Source: Clostridia bacterium (lineage in GTDB: Bacteria; Bacillota; Clostridia; TANB77; UBA1234). From it: a stretch of DNA of 64,000 bases. The notes under the pieces were generated by a model. The model saw nothing but the letters and a program-made list of their open reading frames with translations. It did not search any database and had not been told where the DNA came from. Both the position numbers and the translations under genes were made by a program. Of this stretch, positions 49,577-60,019 are shown piece after piece. Position 1 is the first letter of the stretch. Every line of letters starts with the position of its first letter. The stretch covers positions 7,887-71,886 of the forward strand of contig CAAFRB010000098.1 in the NCBI GenBank assembly GCA_900765095.1. The letters are read 5' to 3'.

Positions 49577-50461
49577 ATGTTTAAATCAGGTTTTGTAGCA
49601 ATAGTGGGTAGACCAAATGTAGGAAAGTCAACTTTACTTAATACATTAGCAGGGCAAAAAATTGCAATAGTTTCAAATAAGCCACAAACGACAAGAACAG
49701 CAATAAGAGGTATAATAAATAGAGAAAATGCACAAGTTATATTTACAGATACCCCTGGTATTCATAAACCACAAAATAAGTTGGGCGAAAAAATGGCTGA
49801 AACTATTGACGATGCAGTTGAAGGTGTTGACTTGATTTTGTACTTAATTGAGGCTACAGATAAAGGAATTGGCTTAGCAAATGAATTTATACTTAATAAA
49901 GTAAAAGCACAGAAGGCTAGAGCAATACTTGTAATAAATAAAGTAGACAGTGTAAAAAAAGAAAACATATTAGAACTTATCAAGTTATATAGTGAGAAGC
50001 ATAACTTTGAGGCTATAATACCTATATCTGCATTGAAAAATGAAGGAATAGATGTGTTACTTGATAAGATAATAGAACTATTGCCAGAAGGACCTGCATA
50101 TTATGATACTGAGGAATGGACTGACCAAACAGAAAGACAGATAGTTGAAGAAACAATTAGAGAGAAAGCACTTAGATCTTTGGATGATGAAGTGCCTCAT
50201 GGAATAGCTGTTGAAGTAGTTTCAATGAAGAAAAGAGAAAACAAAGAATTGTATGATATAGAAGCTACAATATATTGTGAGAAGAGAACTCATAAAGGAA
50301 TAATAATAGGAAAAAACGGCGCAATGCTAAAGAAAATCGGAGAAAGAGCAAGGGAAGACATTGAAGAGATGCTACAATGTAAAGTTAATTTACAACTTTG
50401 GGTAAAGGTAAAAGAAGACTGGAGGGATAATGTAAGCAAAATGAATCAAGTATTTCATTAA
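49577..50461 (+). CDS. era: GTPase Era
   Basis: G1 GRPNVGKST, G3 DTPG, G4 NKVD, KH domain. Confidence 0.9.
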   Translation: MFKSGFVAIVGRPNVGKSTLLNTLAGQKIAIVSNKPQTTRTAIRGIINRENAQVIFTDTPGIHKPQNKLGEKMAETIDDAVEGVDLILYLIEATDKGIGLANEFILNKVKAQKARAILVINKVDSVKKENILELIKLYSEKHNFEAIIPISALKNEGIDVLLDKIIELLPEGPAYYDTEEWTDQTERQIVEETIREKALRSLDDEVPHGIAVEVVSMKKRENKELYDIEATIYCEKRTHKGIIIGKNGAMLKKIGERAREDIEEMLQCKVNLQLWVKVKEDWRDNVSKMNQVFH

Positions 50462-50496
50462 TGCTTAGGTTGACTTAAAGCAAAGGAGGAAGGCTA

Positions 50497-50601
50497 ATGA
50501 GTAAAGATTTTGCGTGGGAATTATTTAAGAATACAGGCAATTTAGATGCCTTTATGATTATGCGAAATATTGAAAATGGTACACAAATACGGACAAGATA
50601 A
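50497..50601 (+). CDS. yqzL: YqzL-family small protein (34 aa)
   Basis: aaggagg RBS; conserved era-yqzL-recO synteny; MSKDFAWELFKNTGNLDAFMIMRNIENG... Confidence 0.5.
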   Translation: MSKDFAWELFKNTGNLDAFMIMRNIENGTQIRTR

Positions 50602-50630
50602 TAAAGCAGATAATTTATTAGGTGATATAG

Positions 50631-51365
50631 ATGGGAATAATAAAAACTAAGGGTATAGTTATAAAAATTGCAAATTCGTCTGACAACGATAAGGTACTTA
50701 CTGTGTTAACGGCCGAAAAAGGAAAGATAAGAGTGTTTTGTAAAGGCGCCAAAAAAGCAAAGGGCGCCTTTTTGGCTTGCACAGAGTTTTTATGCTATAG
50801 TGATATGATACTATACGAAGGAAATGGCGATTTGTATAACTTAACATCAGCAGAACCTATAAATGTCTTCTATAATTTGCGAATGGATATAGACAAATTA
50901 ATGTACGCTACCACGATTGCTAAAATGATAAACGATGTATGTCAGGAAGAAGAACTCTCTTATCAAAGGCTTCAACTGGTTTTGAATACACTTTATGTAT
51001 TGTCTGAAACAGATAAAAATGCAGATTTCGTTTTTTCAATTTTTCGATTTCGCTTATTAGCTATTTTAGGGTATGTTCCAAGGCTTAATGCGTGTGCGAG
51101 TTGTGGCAAGAAAGCAACTGAAATAGATGATATATATTTTAGTATTAAAGACAACGGAATAAAATGTGGCGAATGTAAGGTGCATGATAAAGGAGCAATA
51201 AAAATTTCATATACTACATATACAAGTATAGTTTATATGCTATCTTCTGAACCGAAAAAAATCTTTTCGTTCGATGTACCACAAGAAACAATAGATGAGC
51301 TTAACTTAATTGCAAAGATATATACTTTTGAAAAATTGGAGAAAGAATATACGATTGGATTTTAG
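50631..51365 (+). CDS. recO: DNA repair protein RecO
   Basis: OB-fold N-terminus and CxxC...CxxC zinc finger (CASCGKK...CGECK); synteny. Confidence 0.8.
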   Translation: MGIIKTKGIVIKIANSSDNDKVLTVLTAEKGKIRVFCKGAKKAKGAFLACTEFLCYSDMILYEGNGDLYNLTSAEPINVFYNLRMDIDKLMYATTIAKMINDVCQEEELSYQRLQLVLNTLYVLSETDKNADFVFSIFRFRLLAILGYVPRLNACASCGKKATEIDDIYFSIKDNGIKCGECKVHDKGAIKISYTTYTSIVYMLSSEPKKIFSFDVPQETIDELNLIAKIYTFEKLEKEYTIGF

Positions 51366-51436
51366 AATGGGCAGATAATCAATTTTAACGATAACTCAAA
51401 TTTTTGAAGACAGGAAAGTAACCAAATATTAAAACT

Positions 51437-51465
51437 ATCCTATTACTTGAAAATATGTTGCAATT
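51437..51465 (+). promoter_or_regulatory. Sigma-A-like promoter (TTGAAA-17-TATATT) upstream of glyQS
   Basis: hexamers at 51437-51442 and 51460-51465. Confidence 0.4.
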
Positions 51466-51596
51466 ATGATATATTATCTCAAGATTTACGAATATGTATA
51501 TCTTTGCTTAATGTATTTTGAGTTTTTTCTTTAATTTAAAGAAAAAGCTTATCGAGTGATATATGATTACCTAAAAAGAATGAGGAGGAATTTTTT

Positions 51597-52985
51597 ATGG
51601 TAGAAAAAACAATGGACAAAATAGTTAACTTATGTAAAAATAGAGGATTTGTATATCCAGGCTCTGAAATATATGGCGGACTCGCAAATTCTTGGGATTT
51701 TGGTCCATTAGGTGCTGAACTAAAAAGAAATATAAGAGAAGCTTGGTGGCAAAAGTTTGTTAAAGAAAGCAAATATAATGTTGGTATTGATGCTTCAATT
51801 ATAATGAATCCACAAGTATGGGTAACAACTGGACATGTTGGCGGATTTAGTGATCCTTTGATAGATTGTAGATCATGCAAAACAAGACACAGAGCAGATA
51901 AATTAATTGAAGAATGGTCTTTTAAACAAGGCAATCAAGTAACTGGTTTAGACGGGTGGTCAAATGAGCAATTAGTTGCATATATTAAAGAACACAATAT
52001 TCCTTGCCCTAATTGTGGAAAGTCAGACTTTACGGATATTAGAAAGTTTAATTTGATGTTTAAGACTTTCATGGGTGTTACTGAAGATGCAAAATCTGAG
52101 GTATATTTAAGACCTGAAACAGCGCAATCAATGTTTGTTAATTTTAAAAATATTCAAAGAACAACAAGAAGCAAGATGCCAATGGGTGTTTGCCAAATTG
52201 GTCGTTCTTTTAGAAATGAGATTACACCAGGTAACTTTATTTTTAGAATAAGAGAATTTGAACAAATGGAACTTGAGTTTTTCTGTAAGCCTGGTACTGA
52301 TTTAGATTGGTATGCATACTGGAAAGATTACTGCAAGAATTTCCTTATGAGTATAGGTATAAAAGAAGAAAATTTGAGAATGAGAGAACATTCAAAAGAA
52401 GAACTTTCTTTTTATAGTAAGGGTACAACAGATATTGAATACTTATTCCCATTTGGATGGGGCGAACTTTGGGGTATTGCAGATAGAACTGATTATGATT
52501 TGTCTAGACACATGGAAGCTTCAAAAGCAGATTTAACATATTTAGACCCTGAAACAAATGAAAAGTATGTTCCATATTGCGTTGAGCCTTCTGTTGGTGT
52601 TGAGAGAATTTTCTTAACAGCTATTTGTGATGCTTATGATGAAGAAGAAGTTGGAGAAGGCGATATAAGAACCGTTTTAAGACTTCATCCAGTACTTGCA
52701 CCTGTTAAGGTCGCAATCCTTCCATTATCTAAAAAGTTAGCAGAGCCAGCAACTGCTTTGTATGAAAAGCTTTCTAAGAGATTTAATTGTGAATATGATG
52801 AAGCTGGCAGTATCGGAAAAAGATATAGAAGAGAAGACGAAATTGGTACGCCTTTTTGCGTAACTGTTGACTTTGAAACTCTTAATGACAATTGCGTAAC
52901 AGTTAGGGATAGGGATACTATGGAACAAATTAGAATAAATATTGATGAATTAGAAAAGTTTGTTGAAGACAAGCTGAAGTTTTAA
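51597..52985 (+). CDS. glyQS: Glycine--tRNA ligase (class II, homodimeric GlyQS type)
   Basis: N-terminus [39 protein letters not shown] highly conserved; 462 aa. Confidence 0.9.
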   Translation: MVEKTMDKIVNLCKNRGFVYPGSEIYGGLANSWDFGPLGAELKRNIREAWWQKFVKESKYNVGIDASIIMNPQVWVTTGHVGGFSDPLIDCRSCKTRHRADKLIEEWSFKQGNQVTGLDGWSNEQLVAYIKEHNIPCPNCGKSDFTDIRKFNLMFKTFMGVTEDAKSEVYLRPETAQSMFVNFKNIQRTTRSKMPMGVCQIGRSFRNEITPGNFIFRIREFEQMELEFFCKPGTDLDWYAYWKDYCKNFLMSIGIKEENLRMREHSKEELSFYSKGTTDIEYLFPFGWGELWGIADRTDYDLSRHMEASKADLTYLDPETNEKYVPYCVEPSVGVERIFLTAICDAYDEEEVGEGDIRTVLRLHPVLAPVKVAILPLSKKLAEPATALYEKLSKRFNCEYDEAGSIGKRYRREDEIGTPFCVTVDFETLNDNCVTVRDRDTMEQIRINIDELEKFVEDKLKF

Positions 52986-53017
52986 GTTGAACTTAAGCTC
53001 TTCATTTTCAATATTAT

Positions 53018-53054
53018 ACACCTCATCGTGGCGTTTTGTACTATGATGAGGTGT
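53018..53054 (+). other. 10-bp perfect hairpin (acacctcatc...gatgaggtgt) without U-tract
   Basis: stem 53018-53027 / 53045-53054 in glyQS 3' region, overlapping the RBS-proximal leader of next gene. Confidence 0.4.
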
Positions 53055-53089
53055 TGTGCGATTATACCATAAGAGAAAGAAGGAGAAGT

Positions 53090-54100
53090 ATGCCTAGTTT
53101 AAATTATTTGATAAAAAGACTGTGCACGATGAATTACAAATCAATGTTTGAGAGAATAGATGTTGTTAAGGAGAAGTGTACTAAATCTAAGTTTGCTATA
53201 TTTTGCGATATGGTATGGTGTGGAATCAGGTACGGAGCTGGGTATGTTGACTATGATGTAATTGGATTTTACAAGTTGACTACAAAGCAGAGAAAAACAA
53301 TGCTAACAAGAGGAATAAATAATAAGTTTGTTAAAAAACTTAATGAGAAAGAGTATTGGCACTTATTTAATAATAAGAATGAATTTAATGATATGTTTAA
53401 AGAATTCTTAAAAAGAGATTACATATATCCAGTAAGTTCTCGCAAAACTGAAACTATTGAATTTATGGGTAAACACGGTGTGTTTTTTGCTAAGCCAAAT
53501 GACGGACAATGTGGGAAAAATATTGAAAAGATTGATGTTCAAGAATGGAATAATGATTATGAAAAGGTGTATAATCATTTGCTAGAAAATAAATTAGAAC
53601 TTCTTGAAGAACCAGTTGTACAATGCGAAGAAATGAGTAGGCTAAATTCAAGCTCTGTAAACACAACAAGAATGGTATCTGTTATGAATGAAAGAGGAGG
53701 AGTAACGATACTTGCAACGTTTGTTAGGATTGGAAACGGAAAAGTTGTAGATAATTTTAATAGTGGTGGTATGACGGCAAAAGTAGACACAGAAACAGGA
53801 ATAATAGTTGAAGAAGCAGTGAATAAAAAAGGAGAGCTATTTGAAAAGCATCCATTAACAGGAACTACGATAAAAGGCTTTCAAATTCCATATTGGAATG
53901 AAGCGAAAAAACTTGTGGAAACTGCTGCGAAAATGAGTACGCATGTAAGATACGTTGGCTGGGATGTTGCCATGAGTGTGAACGGTCCAGTTCTTATAGA
54001 GGGCAATCAATTTCCAGGACATGATATATATCAAGTAGCTGAAAAAATAGGACCAGAAGATATAGGAATACTTCCTACATTTGAAGAAGCATTAAAATAA
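53090..54100 (+). CDS. ATP-grasp domain protein (sugar-transfer-associated ATP-grasp-like)
   Basis: FAKPNDGQCGKNIEKI and ATP-grasp C-terminal region; start at ATG 53090 with aaggag RBS. Confidence 0.55.
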   Translation: MPSLNYLIKRLCTMNYKSMFERIDVVKEKCTKSKFAIFCDMVWCGIRYGAGYVDYDVIGFYKLTTKQRKTMLTRGINNKFVKKLNEKEYWHLFNNKNEFNDMFKEFLKRDYIYPVSSRKTETIEFMGKHGVFFAKPNDGQCGKNIEKIDVQEWNNDYEKVYNHLLENKLELLEEPVVQCEEMSRLNSSSVNTTRMVSVMNERGGVTILATFVRIGNGKVVDNFNSGGMTAKVDTETGIIVEEAVNKKGELFEKHPLTGTTIKGFQIPYWNEAKKLVETAAKMSTHVRYVGWDVAMSVNGPVLIEGNQFPGHDIYQVAEKIGPEDIGILPTFEEALK

Positions 54101-54184
54101 TTATGATTCTACAATTTTAGTTTGGTAGTAAACTCGAACTATTGACAAAGAGTTATAATTATAATAGTTGTGATATAACGCAAG

Positions 54185-54215
54185 AGGCAGAAAATTTCAA
54201 ATTTTCTGCCTCTTT
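54185..54215. terminator. Bidirectional Rho-independent terminator
   Basis: aggcagaaaat-ttcaa-attttctgcct flanked by ctctttt / caaga. Confidence 0.6.
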
Positions 54216-54236
54216 GGGTACTAGGTTAAGTTATAA

Positions 54237-54404
54237 CTAGTACCTTGGTCTGTAATTCCTTCTGTTACTACGAGAACGGTAGTAACTGTTCAACTCGCAC
54301 AAGTAGTGTGAGTCAAAATAGTGCCGCGGATTTTGGAAGTTTCCTAAGTTCCTGAGAAGCTCCCAAAAATAGTAGTCATGTACTAAGATGCTAAACCACG
54401 ACAT
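54237..54404 (-). CDS. Unannotated 55-aa basic Tyr/Arg-rich small protein (MSWFSILVHDYYFWELLRNLGNFQNPRHYFDSHYLCELNSYYRSRSNRRNYRPRY)
   Basis: minus-strand ORF with perfect AGGAGG RBS 6 nt upstream, sigma-A-like promoter (TTGACT-17-TACTAT at plus 54485-54457) and terminator 54215-54185; local GC ~41%. Confidence 0.45.
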   Translation of the reverse strand: MSWFSILVHDYYFWELLRNLGNFQNPRHYFDSHYLCELNSYYRSRSNRRNYRPRY

Positions 54405-54456
54405 TGTCTTTCCTCCTTTAATTAAAAGATCGAGAGTAATGGTGTCACGTACATTT

Positions 54457-54485
54457 ATAGTATCATATTTTTACTGCAGAGTCAA
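54457..54485 (-). promoter_or_regulatory. Sigma-A-like promoter for the minus-strand small ORF
   Basis: TTGACT (plus 54485-54480 rc), 17-nt spacer, TACTAT (plus 54462-54457 rc). Confidence 0.35.
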
Positions 54486-54619
54486 CATAATTTTTAGCTT
54501 TATTTGAAGCTTTAATCGACTAAAAAACAGTTGATTTTTTGGACAAACTGGTATATATTAATCTAGTGTTATAGACAAAATTTACATTACAATAACTAAT
54601 TTAACAAGGAGGAAATGAA

Positions 54620-57250
54620 ATGAGTAAAAAGTATATTTATCTTTTTAGTGAAGGCGATGCTTCAATGAGAGAACTTCTTGGAGGAAAAGGAGCTAACTTA
54701 GCAGAAATGACAAAGCTTGGTTTACCAGTTCCACAAGGTTTCACAATTTCTACAGAAGCTTGTACTCAATACTATGAAGATGGAAGAAAAATCAATGATG
54801 AAATTCAAGCTCAAATTTTTGAATACATCAAAAAGATGGAAGAGATTACAGGTAAAAAGTTCGGAGATGTTGAAAATCCACTTTTAGTTTCTGTACGTAG
54901 TGGTGCTAGAGCATCAATGCCAGGAATGATGGATACTATCCTTAACCTAGGTCTAAATGAGCAAGTTGTTGAATCAATTGCAGCAAAATCAGGTAACCCA
55001 CGTTGGGCTTGGGACTGCTACAGAAGATTTATTCAAATGTACTCAGACGTAGTTATGGAAGTTGGTAAGAAATATTTCGAACAACTTATAGATAAAATGA
55101 AAGCAGATAGAGGAGTTACTCAAGACGTTGAACTTACAGCTGATGATTTGAAAAAATTAGCTGAACAATTCAAAGCTGAGTACAAAGAAAAGATCGGTTC
55201 TGATTTCCCAACAGATCCAACAGAACAATTAATGGGAGCTATCAAAGCTGTATTTAGATCTTGGGATAATCCTAGAGCAAACGTATACAGAAGAGATAAT
55301 GATATTCCTTATTCTTGGGGAACAGCTGTTAACGTTCAAATGATGGCATTTGGTAACATGGGAGATGACTGTGGTACTGGTGTTGCATTTACTCGTGACC
55401 CAGCTACTGGTGAAAAAGGATTATATGGTGAATTCTTAACAAATGCACAAGGCGAAGATGTTGTTGCTGGTGTTCGTACACCAATGAAGATTACAGAAAT
55501 GGCTGACAAATTCCCAGAAGCATTTGAACAATTTAAAGATGTTTGCCACAAACTTGAATCTCACTACAGAGATATGCAAGATATGGAATTTACTGTAGAA
55601 CATGGTAAATTATACATGTTACAAACTCGTAACGGTAAGAGAACAGCTCAAGCATCATTAAAGATTGCTTGTGACTTAGTTGATGAAGGAATGAGAACAG
55701 AGGAAGAAGCAGTTGCTATGATTGATCCTCGTAACCTAGATACATTACTTCACCCACAATTTGATCCAAAAGCATTAAAAGAAGCTGCTCCAATCGGTAA
55801 AGCTTTAGGTGCTTCTCCAGGAGCTGCTTGTGGTAAAATCGTATTCACAGCTGAAGATGCTAAAGTAAGAGGAGCTAAAGAAAAAGTTGTTTTGGTTCGT
55901 CTTGAAACATCTCCAGAAGATATCGAAGGTATGAAAGCTGCTCAAGGTATCTTAACAGTTCGTGGTGGTAGAACATCTCACGCAGCCGTTGTTGCTCGTG
56001 GTATGGGTAAATGCTGCGTATCTGGATGTGGCGATATCGTTATGGATGAAGAAAATAAGAAATTTACTCTTGGTGGTAAGACATATCATGAAGGAGATGA
56101 AATCTCACTTGATGGTTCTACAGGTAATATCTATGCTGGTATCATTCCAACAGTTGATGCTACAATAGGCGGAGATTTCGAAAGAATAATGAACTGGGCA
56201 GATAAATACAGAGTTCTAGAAGTTAGAACAAATGCTGATACTCCAAGAGATGCTGCTAAAGCAAAAGAATTAGGAGCACAAGGTATTGGTCTTTGCCGTA
56301 CAGAGCATATGTTCTTTGAAGGCGACAGAATAGCTGCAATCAGAGAAATGATTTGTTCTGATACAGTTGAACAAAGAAAAGCAGCTCTTGCTAAATTAGA
56401 GCCAATGCAACAAGGTGACTTCGAGAAATTATTCGAAACAATGGATGGATATGAAGTAACAATCAGATTCCTAGATCCTCCTCTACATGAGTTCGTTCCA
56501 ACAGAGGAAAAAGATATTGAATTACTTGCTAAAACACAAGGCAAGACAGTTGAAGAAATTAAAGCAATCATTGCTAGTCTTCACGAATTCAACCCAATGA
56601 TGGGACACAGAGGATGTCGTCTAGCTGTTACATTCCCAGAAATCGCTGAGATGCAAACAGAAGCTGTTATCAAAGCAGCTATCAATGCTTCTAAGAAGAT
56701 TGGTAAGATGATTACACCTGAAATAATGATTCCATTAGTTGGTGAAGTTAAAGAATTAAAATACGTTAAAGACGTAGTATGTGCAACAGCTGATAAAATA
56801 ATTGCTGAAGCTGGTGTTGATATGAAGTATAAAGTTGGTACAATGATAGAGATACCAAGAGCTGCATTAACAGCTGATGAAATCGCTAAAGAAGCTGAAT
56901 TCTTCTCATTCGGAACAAATGACTTAACACAAATGACATTTGGTTTCTCAAGAGATGATGCTGGTAAATTCTTAGGTGCTTACTATGATAAGAAGATATA
57001 TGAAAACGACCCATTTGCTAAACTAGACCAAGTTGGTGTTGGTAAATTAGTTGAAATGGCTGTTGAACTTGGTAAAAAGACAAGACCTGATATTAAATTA
57101 GGTATTTGTGGAGAACACGGTGGAGATCCTTCTTCTGTTGAGTTCTGTCACAGAGCTGGTTTAACTTATGTATCTTGCTCACCATTTAGAGTTCCAGTAG
57201 CTAGACTTGCAGCTGCTCAAGCTCAAATTAAATATCCAAGACAAAAATAA
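54620..57250 (+). CDS. ppdK: Pyruvate, phosphate dikinase
   Basis: 876 aa; PEP-utilizer motifs (GGRTSHAAVVARGMGKCCVSG; GICGEHGGDP). Confidence 0.95.
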   Translation: MSKKYIYLFSEGDASMRELLGGKGANLAEMTKLGLPVPQGFTISTEACTQYYEDGRKINDEIQAQIFEYIKKMEEITGKKFGDVENPLLVSVRSGARASMPGMMDTILNLGLNEQVVESIAAKSGNPRWAWDCYRRFIQMYSDVVMEVGKKYFEQLIDKMKADRGVTQDVELTADDLKKLAEQFKAEYKEKIGSDFPTDPTEQLMGAIKAVFRSWDNPRANVYRRDNDIPYSWGTAVNVQMMAFGNMGDDCGTGVAFTRDPATGEKGLYGEFLTNAQGEDVVAGVRTPMKITEMADKFPEAFEQFKDVCHKLESHYRDMQDMEFTVEHGKLYMLQTRNGKRTAQASLKIACDLVDEGMRTEEEAVAMIDPRNLDTLLHPQFDPKALKEAAPIGKALGASPGAACGKIVFTAEDAKVRGAKEKVVLVRLETSPEDIEGMKAAQGILTVRGGRTSHAAVVARGMGKCCVSGCGDIVMDEENKKFTLGGKTYHEGDEISLDGSTGNIYAGIIPTVDATIGGDFERIMNWADKYRVLEVRTNADTPRDAAKAKELGAQGIGLCRTEHMFFEGDRIAAIREMICSDTVEQRKAALAKLEPMQQGDFEKLFETMDGYEVTIRFLDPPLHEFVPTEEKDIELLAKTQGKTVEEIKAIIASLHEFNPMMGHRGCRLAVTFPEIAEMQTEAVIKAAINASKKIGKMITPEIMIPLVGEVKELKYVKDVVCATADKIIAEAGVDMKYKVGTMIEIPRAALTADEIAKEAEFFSFGTNDLTQMTFGFSRDDAGKFLGAYYDKKIYENDPFAKLDQVGVGKLVEMAVELGKKTRPDIKLGICGEHGGDPSSVEFCHRAGLTYVSCSPFRVPVARLAAAQAQIKYPRQK

Positions 57251-57278
57251 ATAACATAGAGAATATTTGTCTAATTAA

Positions 57279-57326
57279 AATAGTGGACCGGCAGGACATT
57301 TAAATCTTGTTGGTTCACTATTTATT
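57279..57326 (+). terminator. Putative terminator after ppdK
   Basis: atagtggacc...ggttcactat stem (one G-U), weak U-tract. Confidence 0.4.
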
Positions 57327-57392
57327 GTATAACAAGAAATATATTTAATTTAATACAGCCTGGGTTTTGATAATAGGAGTATGAAAAAAATG

Positions 57393-57421
57393 TTGACAAT
57401 ATTTAATATTCATGATATATT
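57393..57421 (+). promoter_or_regulatory. Sigma-A promoter (TTGACA-17-TATATT)
   Basis: hexamers at 57393-57398 and 57416-57421. Confidence 0.45.
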
Positions 57422-57541
57422 CCTGCGCATAGAATTACTTTTGAAGCAAAACATCAAAAGTAACAGTTGAAGGTAGTAATATAAAATCTTGCAATGATAA
57501 GAGTTATTTTATCTATAGTAAGTATTGGGAGGAAGTTTAGA

Positions 57542-57739
57542 ATGAAAGATATAATTATTGAATTATTATCAAATATTGTAGTTAGCGAATATGTTTTAAC
57601 TAGGGTTTCTTTCACTCTTTTTGCCTTCATTTTCTCTCTATATATTGCAAAAATATTGACTTTTTTAAGGATGTTTTCACACAATTATGCAAGTGTGAAG
57701 GCATCCTATTTTATTAATAAAAATCTTAAAAGTTATTAG
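57542..57739 (+). CDS. Small hydrophobic protein (65 aa)
   Basis: ggagg RBS before ATG 57542; MKDIIIELLSNIVVSEYVLTRVSFTLFAFIFSLYIAKILTF. Confidence 0.35.
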   Translation: MKDIIIELLSNIVVSEYVLTRVSFTLFAFIFSLYIAKILTFLRMFSHNYASVKASYFINKNLKSY

Positions 57740-57753
57740 AAAGGAGAACTTGT

Positions 57754-58110
57754 ATGGATAATCAAAAAAGTTTATTCTCACAATTAAGCGATAGAACAAC
57801 TTTACCAGAGTTACAAAAGTATATTAAAAATGTTATTGAACTTAGAGGTTTTTCAAACAAAAGTATACAAGATGAAATGTTACTTATATTGGAGGAAACG
57901 GGTGAATTAGCAAAAGCTATTCGAAAAAAATTACCGGGTGGCACTATCGATAAAGATAAAATTAGCCATTATACAGAAATTGAAGAGGAAGTTGCAGATG
58001 TTTTTATTGTGCTTACAGAATTGTGCAATGTATTAAATATTGATTTGTATTCTGCAGTGTTAAGCAAAGAGAAAGAAAATATTGAAAGAAAATGGAGCAA
58101 AAGTAACTAA
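57754..58110 (+). CDS. MazG-like nucleotide pyrophosphohydrolase
   Basis: EExGELxxA...EExADVxxxL MazG motifs. Confidence 0.65.
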   Translation: MDNQKSLFSQLSDRTTLPELQKYIKNVIELRGFSNKSIQDEMLLILEETGELAKAIRKKLPGGTIDKDKISHYTEIEEEVADVFIVLTELCNVLNIDLYSAVLSKEKENIERKWSKSN

Positions 58111-58205
58111 TAATGGATTTATGCAGTAGATTTTTATCCTTCTGCTTGTGTGGAATAATTTTACTTTTTTAGGGCACAATATCACTAAAAAGGAGGAATA
58201 TAAAT

Positions 58206-58640
58206 ATGTTAGTAAAAGATTTGATGTCTAAAGATTTAGTTTTGGCTGATACTAATGATACAGTATTTGACGTAGCAAAATTGATGCGACATCACAATAT
58301 TGGTGCTGTACCGGTAGTAGCACATGGTGACCAAGTTTTGGGGATGATTACTGATAGAGATATTGTGCTTAATATGGCTAAGGAAAAATTCGATCCTTAC
58401 GAAACTTTTGCAAGCAGTATTATGTCTGATAAGGTATATAGTGTTAAACCGGATGCAGAAGTTCATTTTGCGTTGGATTTGATGAAAAAGCAACAGATAA
58501 GACGATTACCAGTTATAGAAAACGAAAAATTAGTTGGTATGCTTTCAATAGGAGATATTGCAACAAGCGATAAGTTTAATATGGAGGTAAGCGAAACTTT
58601 AACGGAAATATCATTACCTTCAGAGCCAGAGAATATATGA
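58206..58640 (+). CDS. CBS-pair domain protein
   Basis: two CBS motifs (GAVPVV; RRLPVIENEKLVGMLSIGDI). Confidence 0.8.
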   Translation: MLVKDLMSKDLVLADTNDTVFDVAKLMRHHNIGAVPVVAHGDQVLGMITDRDIVLNMAKEKFDPYETFASSIMSDKVYSVKPDAEVHFALDLMKKQQIRRLPVIENEKLVGMLSIGDIATSDKFNMEVSETLTEISLPSEPENI

Positions 58641-58892
58641 TAAAAAATTACTGCTTCTGAATGGCAAAAGCTTAATTTTAATATAAGTTTTCTTGTTTAT
58701 TTAGAATAACGAGAAATAAAAGGCGGAAAATGAAAAGCTGAGTTGCGGAAAGAGTGACTAGATTGAAAGTTTTCTGCCTTTCTTATTAACATGGTATTAA
58801 CATTTTAATGCCATAATTCAGACTTATCTCTTGATTTTGACATAAATATATGCAAGAATAGTAGTTAGATATTTAATTTACAGAGGTGTATT

Positions 58893-59999
58893 ATGGAAGA
58901 AAATATGAGTAAAAACAAAAGATCAAGGATTATTGGTAGAGTTGGTATATTTATTGGAACGTTATTGTTGCTGTTCTTATTGTGCAAGTTTGCGTTTTTC
59001 TTTATGCCTTTCTTAGTTGCTGCAATAATTGCAATAGCAATCGAGCCAGTAATTAAATTTTGTATGAACAAATTAAAAATGAGTAGAAGAGTTAGTAGTT
59101 TTATAATTATCACACTTACTATTGTAATCTTGGGCTTTGTTGTTGTATGTGGAACTACAGAGCTTATTTCTGAATTATTGAAACTTACTAGTAATATTGC
59201 ACCAGCAATAACTAAAGCTACAGATTTTGTAAATGTATTGACAGACAAGATAACTACAGAGTATGCAGATATTTCACCACAAGTTATAAATGCTATTGAA
59301 AAGTCTGTTATTGACTTTATCGGAAATCTAGGAACTTATGTTGGAGAAGTTGCTTCACAAGCTTTGAAGATGTTATTATCTATTCCAACAATTGTGATAA
59401 ATATAATAATAACAATTCTTGCACTTATCTTTTTCACAAAAGACAGAATTTATGTGATTGATTTATTAGAGCATCATTTCCCTAAAGCATGGATTAAAAA
59501 TACAGCAAAAGTTTTAAACGAGATTTTCGCTTCAATAGGTGGATATATAAAAGTTTACTTGAAAATAATTGTAATAACTTTTTCAGAGTTATTCTTGGCA
59601 TTTAATATATTTAACTTAATTGGATTTGATGTGCCATATCCATTTGGACTCGCACTTATGATTGCACTTGTTGATATTTTACCAGTGCTTGGAGTTGGAA
59701 CTGTTTTAAATCCATGGGCAATATTGATGCTTATACAAGGAAATTATGGCTTTGCCGCTGCAATATTTATAACGTATGTAATAATTTTCTGTGTAAGGCA
59801 GTTTATAGAGCCAAAACTTGTAAGTAATCAGTTTGGAATACATCCTATCATTACTCTTATGGCAATGTATGCGGGCTATAAACTAATTGGTGGCGTATTT
59901 GGTTTAATTGTGGGTCCGATTGCTTTGATGGCCTTGAGATGTATATTTGCAAAACAAATTGAAAGAGGACTATTTAAAGATTTGTTTGATGAAAAATAA
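58893..59999 (+). CDS. AI-2E family transporter / sporulation integral membrane protein YtvI-like
   Basis: 368 aa, 8 TM, UPF0118 pattern. Confidence 0.7.
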   Translation: MEENMSKNKRSRIIGRVGIFIGTLLLLFLLCKFAFFFMPFLVAAIIAIAIEPVIKFCMNKLKMSRRVSSFIIITLTIVILGFVVVCGTTELISELLKLTSNIAPAITKATDFVNVLTDKITTEYADISPQVINAIEKSVIDFIGNLGTYVGEVASQALKMLLSIPTIVINIIITILALIFFTKDRIYVIDLLEHHFPKAWIKNTAKVLNEIFASIGGYIKVYLKIIVITFSELFLAFNIFNLIGFDVPYPFGLALMIALVDILPVLGVGTVLNPWAILMLIQGNYGFAAAIFITYVIIFCVRQFIEPKLVSNQFGIHPIITLMAMYAGYKLIGGVFGLIVGPIALMALRCIFAKQIERGLFKDLFDEK

Positions 60000-60019
60000 T
60001 AAATATAGGGGGAGCATTT

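Noticed and set aside
51366-51596. T-box riboswitch upstream of glyQS
   Set aside because: The conserved T-box sequence is not found on manual inspection.
54217-54420. Structured GC-richer intergenic segment considered as 6S or SRP-like ncRNA
   Set aside because: Better explained as a minus-strand 55-aa ORF with perfect RBS, promoter and terminator. No 6S or SRP conserved motifs were seen.
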